Shown here piece after piece: positions 55,715-64,000 of a DNA stretch of 64,000 bases. The stretch spans positions 102,249-166,248 of the forward strand of contig JAQGDQ010000491.1 in NCBI GenBank assembly GCA_030141605.1. Reading direction: 5' to 3'. The stretch comes from Tubiluchus corallicola (taxonomy: Eukaryota; Animalia; Priapulida). The notes under the pieces are model-generated. The model saw nothing but the letters and a program-made list of their open reading frames with translations. It was not told where the DNA came from and ran no database searches. A program made the translations under genes and the position numbers. Numbering within the stretch: the stretch's first letter is position 1; the number at the start of each line of letters is the position of its first letter.

Positions 55715-58700
55715 AACGACGGTGATGATGATGACGAAGATAATGATGACAAATGAACTTGATAGTAATAATGATGATGACATTTTGCTATAATGCTATA
55801 ATGGAAAGAATAAAAACAGCTACAAAATAAATGATCATATCTCTCTGCTGTGTAGATGAGCACAAGCAATAAACAAAACTGCTACAGTAAACACGATGCT
55901 GCGGTGCACTTAACTCCCTGATAATAAACTGGGAATGGGCGGCCATTAAGAGAAATGAAGCCATTGGCGATGTATAAAAAGCGGACGGACGAGCACGAGC
56001 GATGCGCCAAGCTAAACAACATTAACAAGCACGTAAACATTTATCAGAAGCGATGGTTATTGGTGGTAATGGAATAAAATTTTATTGGTACTGTCATAAC
56101 TTGGTAAGCGAAGGCTCGCGAGTACGGTCATCATCACGGACAAAATAGATCAAGATTTTCATACATGTTTTATTATAGCGGGTTTGGTTAGAGCCTGATC
56201 ATACTATTGTTGACTGTAAAGCACGCAGACGCTTAATCGGCAAGGTAAACGATGGGCAAGGGGAGGGTGCGTGAGTGCATACATAACTTATTATAGTAGT
56301 ATAGGTAGTTTAGTAAACTTGTATATCTTGCAACTTATAACTTGTCGTGAAATCCACACCGTCTTAATTGGAAATATATGCTTAATCAATTACTTTGGTT
56401 AGAATATTAATTAACACAAAAACAAATTTTGCTATAATATGTAGAAGCAATTCGATTTTTTCCAGAAAGTAACTTCAGTTTTCCATAAATAGATGTAACT
56501 ACTCCAAGATTGAATTTATTGCCGACCGGTTTCGAATAAACTGTTCATTGTGAAGGCATCTAAAACAAAGAATTTACCAGAATTTAGAAACAACATCGAA
56601 ATGTAATTCAGTAGTTAGATAGCCAAAAGATATATATATATATAATAAACCATTCTATAGATAATTTAGCAATTTACCTTGCAGGTTACATATCTTGATT
56701 GGTATGAAACTATGTTTGTTTGTTTATAGAGTGTGGCATAGTTTCATACCAATCAAGACATGTAATCTGCTAAATTATCTATAGAATGGTTTATCACATA
56801 TCTTTTGGATATCTAACTACTGAATTGCATTTCGATGTTGTTTCTAAATTCCGGTAAATTTCTTTGTTTTAGATGCCTTGACAATGAACAGTTTATTCGA
56901 AACCGGTCGGCAATAAATTCAATTTTGGTGTAGTAATTTCAGTGTTTAAGACAATTAGCGAACAGCATTTTAATTTAATATTACCGTATTAAACCTTTGA
57001 GAGTTTTAAAGTGCATTTAAACCCTGTAAACCGCAAGTAAGATCATATCACGTGATAAATAATTATTACAGAAAATGTTGTACTTATTAGAGCAACTAAC
57101 TGAGCAAAGTTATAAGCAGAAAAAAGACAACTAGGTATTTCAATTAAAGCCATGAAAAGTCTTCTACATTCTTCTAAAAACAAAAATTGCTAAAGCACGC
57201 TATAGCCGAAGAACAAGCGTTCATTTTTATATAAATATAAATACATTTACTTCACAAAGATTTTATGAGCTCAACATCAAACAGCAGTTGCTAATCAAAC
57301 ATGGCTGCTTGATAAAAATAAATCTTGCTCAGAACGAATGAAAATCCACCATAGTGGTTACTATGACAACCGGGTCAATTTTTGATAGGAGAAATATAAA
57401 ATAAAATTATTTCAGCTTTCTACGTTAGAAGCATAACTGCAATTCAAGGAAAATAATATGTAACGTTTGTGTCGGTATTAAAGCAACCGAGAAACTTTCT
57501 TTGTACAAAATTAATGTAATTAAATTAATCGTTGTTATTTCTATTCAACATTTATTTATGAGCAGCGCCTTGCACAATAAATTCGCTGATATAATATTTA
57601 AGTATTTTATGACATAACTGTATTTTTATCATTTCTGTTCATAATCTGTTTTATGTGAAGCGTAATTTTATTAACAAGTCATTTTTGACGTTCGTTTAAA
57701 CATCTATACCAAAGCACCACGCGCGGCTTAAGAGCAAATTAGAACTTATAATCTGTCCATAGATCTCTCTCGCTTCGCTAGAACTAATTATCCGGCTTGT
57801 GTAGAAACACTGAATATCTCAAACCATTCTTATGTTAATTTAATTACTCTGATTCTGTATCAAGCCACTGCTTTTATCACTGTACACAACGAGGGATTAC
57901 GAACAAATCTTCTTTGCTCTCCGGCTGGATCGACTTCACATTCGAGAATTAGCTTTTTCGCGTTTTACGTCGTCTGAACCAATGGCTTTATGTCCTTCAT
58001 CCACTGGCTTCACTGAGCGCCAAGGTGAGGGGGAACATGCATTAGATGCTTCTATGGTGAAACCTCTTTATTCACTGAATTGTTGATTTTAGTTATTTTA
58101 TATTGTTACGAACGATTATGAACTGATAGTATTACTGACTATTAAGTAAATTTCATTAAGTCTAAAAAAACATTATGATCTGTTTGCTCGTCTTTGTGCA
58201 TATGTGTCTTGCGTATATACACCATTTGTAAAGAGCAATTTCCTGTGAATGCGACTATGTGACATAAGTTAACTAAATTTAGCCTCAGAATTGGGGTATA
58301 TAAGGAGCAATTTTATCAGCTGGAAGACAGTTAGTTTCTAGACTCAAGTGACTTTCTATAGATTCTACACCGGGATTTTCTCTACCCTCTTAGACTTATT
58401 GTGAATGTTCATCAGTGTACTTTATGTTCAATATACTATACAATCACATATGCTAAACAAGACTTCATGTTTTATACATATTTTATCACGCCAAAAAGAC
58501 AACCTCAAGACACATTCATTATTAGTGATACCAGTTACGACTCTTTCCTTCATTATTACTGTAATATCAGAACTTAATAGAAATTAGAGACGTGTTGTTG
58601 CCACTAATTTGGAAGAAAAGTTAAACTACAGTGCTATCAAGAATTGGCATATTTGTCATAGTACGAGTTTGCACTGGACAATTAATTTTTTGCGAAATTC

Positions 58701-61700
58701 ATCATTTTTCATAATAGCTAAAACTACAATTATTAGTTTTGTTTTGTTATTTTTATAGTTGTTGTAGAAACTATCTATATTTTTATGAAAATGAAGTGTT
58801 ATAATATTAAGTTATTATACTACTAATTTTTACTCATTTTAAATTGTGGATAACTATCGAAAGGCACAGAGAGATTTTAATGCAAAAAAAATTCAAATAA
58901 TTTATTCTCTTAACTACTAAAATTCTACTGCAACGTAAACACATGCATCTCATGATTTGATTTGAGTTGATTTATTACTTCGTTTCGAACATAAGCTCAT
59001 AGCACAAAAGACATGATATAAAAATTACAAATAAAAGTACACTGAAGTGGCGTTCACGTAGCATCCGGATGCGTATGCGTCTTGGCGGGTGCGGAATAGA
59101 AAAATCTGTTTATATTGTTTTTAATGCAAGCGTTTATGCAGCTTGCGTATGCGTTATTCTTTTTCTGCAGCTATTCCGCAGTGGAAACGCATACGCGTCC
59201 GGATGTTACGTAAACGCATTTAAGAATAATTAAAAAATAATTATAATAATAAATAAATAAATAAACACGCGCATAATGTCCATGTCTAACTTGCTTACAA
59301 AACGAGACAGTTTATTGCCCAAGGGTGCGCGAAACTACTAAATGTATAACAAAATGTAAAGCATAGCTCATACTACCTCGTTGTTTCGCCGTCTCGTAAT
59401 CGGGTTTACACACGAGTTTATTATCGTCGACGAGGTAGAATTCGTCGCCAGTGGCGAGTTGACGACTGCAGATGATACAAGAGAAACATTGTAAATGATA
59501 AACGTTCTCTTGAGCTCTTCGAACCACTTGGGTCGGAGGTATACCTTGATCGCAAGCGGCGCACTTTGTACCAAACCGTCTGAAACAAACAAAACGTTCG
59601 TCATAACGTCGTGCAGATGGTGCAGAGAACGTCGCAGACTTTAGGCCCATTTCACAGTGAGGACGCAATAAAAAATGAAGCATGGAATGTTAGCAGAAAA
59701 TCAGAAAATATGTGAAAATTTTTTTGATTTTTTCTCGAAATCCCATGCAGCAAAAAAGTCCATTTCACAGTGAAACCGCGAGGTGTTTTTCCGCGCGTCC
59801 AATTAGCTGCAGCTACTTTCGATTTTCATACTGTAATAATCACGTGTAAATGAAGTTATATTAGCATACAAAATGCAGTTAATAATGTTAGTCAATGCAA
59901 TGTCAGGCCTATTTGTTTCTTTAGTAAAGTTCGACTAACCACGTCAAAATCTGAAAATATACATATATAAAATAAATATATGTGTGCGTTATTGTTCTTT
60001 TTCACGAATATAGCAATAGATGTTGCATTAACAAAACATAAAAACGGCAGTCTGTTAAAAGAGAGATTAAATCTTGTAATTTTATGCTGAAATGTGTTAC
60101 TTGTTGTTCATTAAATAAGAACGAAGTAATTCAGTAATTAAATTTAAGACTGAATTCCGCAAGTATTCTTCACGAAAATGGAACATGCATTGTTTCTATC
60201 ATGCGACAAAATTCCTCACGAGAAGGACGCATGATTTCTAGCTGGCAGCAGAATTACTCATGAGGAATTGCACCAGGCATTTTGCTGCACCATGCTCACT
60301 GTGAAATGGGCCTAACCCCGGCATGATACAGACGTGCAAACACTTTTCAATTAAATCTTGTGAAAATAACAAAAAATGCAATTGTTAATGTATCATGTAG
60401 ATGGATTCACAAGTGTTGCACACATAAAAGTTTGCAAATGCTTAGCGCATGACTTGAAAGCATTATGCTATACCAAAGTGTTAGAAAGAGGAAGTATTCT
60501 GGCCAAGTACTCCTTTGTACCTTAAGCAAACATTTCTAAGGCAAGATCCATTCAAACATTAAACGATAATTTGAAATGAATTCCAATTAAATCCGCTTTA
60601 ACACATTTGATATTCAAACGAGGTATTAATCATTTTTGCATTACCTGAATAATAAATGGCACTAAGTTTGGTGCTCAAGAATGGCTTATGAGAAGAAATT
60701 ATTACAACTAAAACGTAATTTTGCGTTCGCTATATATTACTCTTTGCTGTTACATAAATTTAACCATACGGTAGTTAGATGGAAACTAGGGGCTACATCT
60801 ATGAAACACGTTGCACAAATACAGGTGCTGTACCTCTCAGTTTAGAGGCGTTGTTCGATTGTGACGTAGGCATACGTTCGAGAGCTAATACGAGAGCACA
60901 ATTGTAAACTTGAAATTTGAATATTAAACTTAAATTTTATCGAGTGTTTGTGTATCACTGTGAATGTCGTACAGTAGTCCTGAACTTCAATTTTCGCACT
61001 TGTCAACACGTGCAACACGCTCGTGGAATGTTTGTGCTTTTGAAAACTATGTTCAGTTGTGACGGCATCACTAATTAGGCTAGTCTGCCATTAATTAAGT
61101 TTTTAACTATTATTTAATTATTAGAAACATTTTGGCATTTCTATAGGTGTTAAAAGATATACTTTTTATCGTAACTCAAAATGGGGTAAAATATGAAAAT
61201 TTACCCTGTTTTCCTTTAAGCAAAGTATGTCGTGCTAGCCATCGACAAAAGAGAAGCTTGAAAATGTAGAGCAGCTTTAAAGCAAAACCGGAGCCAATCT
61301 TAAACTGCAGGTCAAAACAATCTAATCTTTAAAATATTGAAAGTAAACATACTATTTCCTCCAAAATGACATACGTGAAAGAATTATTACCACACAAACA
61401 CAATTTCGCATTTGTGCGACTAGTTCCTCGCTGTTACATGCATTTCGCCATTGACTAGTTAGGCGGGCACAAGCCCCTGCATTTCGGAAACGCATCGGAC
61501 AAAAACAGGTACTGTACCTTTCAATTTAGATATGTTAGTTTTTGACGAACTACACACGTTCGACAGCTCATGCGTGAGCACAGCGGTAAATTTTAAATTT
61601 GAATTTTTATCTTGAAACTTGCCTAGTTTTAGTACAACACACTGAATATCTTACAGTAGCACTGTACTTCAATTTTCTCTTTTGCAAACACGTGCAACAC

Positions 61701-63046
61701 GCTCGTGGAATATTTTTGCTGTTGAAAATTATGTTAGTTTGTGATGCCATCAAAGGTTGGGCTCGCCTGTCGTTAATTAAGTTTTTAATCTATTATTTAA
61801 TTATCAGAAACGCTTTTGCAGTATTAATTGTGTTAAAATGTATACGTTTTATCAGAGTTGAAAATGGGGTAGTATATGAAAAATCATCCTGTCTACTTTT
61901 AAGATCTACGTGTAAAAGATGTTTTTTTTTCTGCCATTTTGAAACTCACATAGACTGTAAATTTTCTAGGAAACTCCTCTGTATACATTCGCCGCTCCAT
62001 AGCGCTTCTTTAGGCCTATTAATTACCGCGGAAAAGCTTAGCAGAGGTTTCATTATAATCTAGCCACCGTAATTTTGTCGGCCATGCAGACAGTAACAAT
62101 GATGAATGTAGGTAACACTGTATGTAATCAGTGGGCAACACTGTAGGTAATCAATCCATACAAAGACGATTGGCTTCAAACATGACCAATCTGTAAGAAG
62201 CCATTCCCATTGTGGGACTGACATTCTGATATTAAAAGCAGCATCTTTTATACATAACAGTTTTGGTTGATAAAGAAATGTAGCAGAATATAGTCAGTTG
62301 AGCGCTTTCCATCTGTGTTGTTATTCCTTTGTTGTCATCGTCATCGTCATGGTTGTAATCAGAGTCCTCGGCATTGTCGTCGTAGTCAATCGTTGTCTTC
62401 TATTCCTTTCTCCTCCTCATCAACTCTGAGGCTCGTGTAGTTAGTTAATTAGTTTATTAACTATAATTCTACGTAATACGAGACAAATGCACTATAATAT
62501 TGGGTAATCAGAAAACTATACTCCAAGAAGACGTTACCAAAATGGCACATCGAGGACAACAAAGATAAAATAAAAGCAATGTGCTATATGGTTAAGTAAA
62601 TCAATTCTATGCCTATGTATTACTGTCATAAAAAATACAATACTATAGATAACAAGCCTGCGAATAATCTCTAATAATCATGTATTGGCAGAAACTTTAT
62701 GATTGATTCATTTTTCATTGACCAAAGACACTGGCTTAGACTCAAAATAACGTTACTCAATCCGTAAATGACTTCAATACATCATAACAAATTTTACACG
62801 TGTGTTCGTTTTCAAATACAAATTTCAATGTACATGGATAATTGTTACGAGAATTTATCCTTTTTACTTACTTGAAAAAGTCTTCTTTACAATACACCTT
62901 TCCATTTCGTGAAAAGCATTTTTCGCTTAATTGGCACTGGCAATCTCCACATTGTAAGCACCGACTATGCCAGTGTTTGTCTAAAACCTTCAATATGAAT
63001 CTGTCTAGAATGGGCTTCTCACACCCGGCACACTTCGGTATAGCAG
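51134..63046 (-). CDS. Lhx3: LIM-homeobox transcription factor Lhx3/4 (Lim3). Exons 63046-62872 (LIM1), 59579-59377 (LIM2), 55012-54831 and 53913-53739 (homeodomain), 52819-52605, 51337-51134 (stop). First exon is beyond the window end.
   Basis: [34 protein letters not shown]...[40 protein letters not shown]...LATGDEFYL...[84 protein letters not shown], plus C-terminal [10 protein letters not shown], all characteristic of Lhx3/4. Splice phases are consistent. Confidence 0.96.
51480..52465. repeat. About 1-kb (GTAGT)n pentanucleotide satellite with variant units, in the last Lhx3/4 intron
   Basis: Directly visible; produces the HYTTL-repeat spurious ORFs. Confidence 0.97.
53395..53658. repeat. 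(AACC/AACT)-rich tract followed by (CCAT)n
   Basis: Directly visible. Confidence 0.9.
54030..54372. repeat. Compound (GAT)n/(GATACT)n/(AAT)n microsatellite in the homeobox intron
   Basis: Directly visible. Confidence 0.96.
54411..54449 (-). ncRNA. Minimal hammerhead-like motif with U3:A8 variant core (probable Penelope-like pLTR end)
   Basis: agt TTGATAA T GGTT-tcaat-AGCC GAAA CGATTG TC gct: stem II 4 bp, near-palindromic stem III (ACGATTGT, one change from ACGATCGT), GUC triplet, stem I 3 bp. Confidence 0.5.
55057..55247. mobile_element. Palindromic MITE with long TIRs
   Basis: CTACGAAAACGTATTAGGGCCATGATATC ... GATATCATGGCCCTAATACGCTTTCGTAG. Confidence 0.85.
55651..55780. repeat. (GAT)n microsatellite
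   Basis: Directly visible. Confidence 0.93.
56498..56934. mobile_element. 437-bp foldback made of two inverted Penelope-like pseudo-LTR copies
   Basis: Arms 56498-56714 and 56737-56934 are highly similar reverse complements. Each outer end reads TGCC-TT(G/C)ACAATGAACAGTTTATTCGAAACCGGTCGGCAATAAA. Confidence 0.85.
56874..56912 (+). ncRNA. Minimal type I hammerhead ribozyme with U3:A8 core variant; predicted cleavage after C56908
   Basis: Stem I TGCC/GGCA, core TTGACAA plus extra T, stem II GAA/TTC, GAA, palindromic stem III ACCGGT, GUC triplet, then AATAAA. Confidence 0.7.
59045..59222. mobile_element. MITE family C copy
   Basis: GTGGCGTTCACGTAGCATCCGGATGCGTATGCG...CGCATACGCGTCCGGATGTTACGTAAACGC; internal TTATTC.TTTTCTGCAGCTATTCC is shared with 45771-45970. 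Confidence 0.8.
59644..60312. mobile_element. PIF/Harbinger-like MITE
   Basis: Perfect TIR GGCCCATTTCACAGTGAG / CTCACTGTGAAATGGGCC with TTA and TAA flanks; an internal TIR-like copy lies at about 59760. Confidence 0.85.
60765..61218 (+). mobile_element. Diverged copy of TTAA family B
   Basis: CACGTGCAACACGCTCGTGGAAT, AAAATGGGGTA...ATATGAAAA and the terminal TTTCCT|TTAA are shared with the other copies. Confidence 0.7.
61465..61900 (+). mobile_element. Copy of TTAA family B
   Basis: Collinear with the reverse complement of 24511-24945. Confidence 0.78.
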
Positions 63047-63104
63047 CTGAAAGAAAAAAAGAAATCTTTAAGTCAGATAATAATCAACTTGAAGCACAAA
63101 AAAC

Positions 63105-63676
63105 CCTCCACTTACACAAAGTTTAAGAAATTCGTCTTGAAATTTTATACCATGGCCGTTAGACGCAGCCATTTTGACGATAAGTTATTTGAAACAAGTT
63201 TAGATAACATTCTGAGAAGTTTGAAAAAATAGTCAGAGCATTCGTAGTGCACACGTCACTAACTAAATGAAATTTAAAATCACTGTATTTCGTTAATAAG
63301 ATTAAAAATACGTATTTGGTTAGTCAGTGGTGCACTCTGGAGGGTGTGTCAGCGACATTTTACCAATTGGTGAAAAAATAATAACACGTAAACCTTTCAA
63401 ACAGGTAAGCGAAATGTTAAGTAATATAACTTTGCACGGAAAGCTTTTTTGGATTGTTTAACATTTTCTTTTCTTCCCCTGATTTATGTGCGTGACGTTG
63501 TGCGTGTATGACGTCATGTAATGGCGTAGACGGAACAGTATTGCGGGACATTTGAGTTGAAAACAAACAAAAATCTTTTAACGCGAGTACGACATATGCA
63601 TAAAATTGCTATAAAGGAATAAAATTTTTAAGGTGGTTCTGAAACCTACTTCAGGCACCTCTTTTTTGTCCTTTAG
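63105..63676 (-). mobile_element. Copy of TTAA family A
   Basis: GCAGCCATTTTGA...TTTGAAACAAGTTTAGATAACA and CTGAAACCTACTTC.GG.ACC.CTTT.TTGTCCTTTA are reverse complements of segments in 743-1239. Confidence 0.7.
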
Positions 63677-63971
63677 GTATCATCATGACACGAAAATTAC
63701 AATTATAGCATAACGACCGATGTGAAAGCCTGATATTGCATCTTTCACATCAATATCATTTAGAAACTTTCAATTTATTTCAATTAAAAAATTACTTTCT
63801 TCAATCATAACAGAAGTAATTCACTGAGATTATTTGGATGACATTATTAGGAAACTTATTTTAAAAATGACAAACTTTCTACATGCGTGCTTTACTTACA
63901 AATATACAAGAACAAGGACTTTTACTAAAATTTACGATAAAACCTGGATAAATTTTGCCTGAGTTATACGA

Positions 63972-64000
63972 GTGTGTGTGTGTGTGTGTGTGCGTGTGCG
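63972..64000. repeat. (GT)n microsatellite at window edge
   Basis: Directly visible. Confidence 0.9.

Overview
AT-rich, intron-rich genomic DNA from a bilaterian invertebrate; it is eukaryotic, so most short ORFs in the track are artefacts. Four spliced host genes can be built by hand with GT-AG introns and consistent phases. (1) The 3' end of a myosin VIIa/crinkled gene (+, 7 exons, second FERM domain, stop at 5395). (2) A complete two-coding-exon Golgi galactose-3-O-sulfotransferase-family gene (-, about 411 aa). (3) A complete six-exon NR2E nuclear receptor with P-box CDGCRG, most like NR2E6/PNR-like (-, about 442 aa). (4) An Lhx3/4 (Lim3) LIM-homeobox gene (-, 6 exons visible, first exon outside the window). 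Between and inside them are a young 5'-truncated CR1/L2-type LINE with an open RT frame, three older LINE remnants, a Penelope-like GIY-YIG remnant, many MITEs (TA-, TTAA-, TWA- and 8-bp-TSD types), long palindromes and long microsatellites. The most unusual signals are four minimal hammerhead-ribozyme motifs of Penelope-like origin, three with a compensatory U3:A8 core and two forming the ends of a 437-bp foldback in an Lhx3/4 intron, and a chain of stop/start-overlapping uORFs directly ahead of the sulfotransferase start codon. All calls come from reading the sequence; no searches or folding programs were run.
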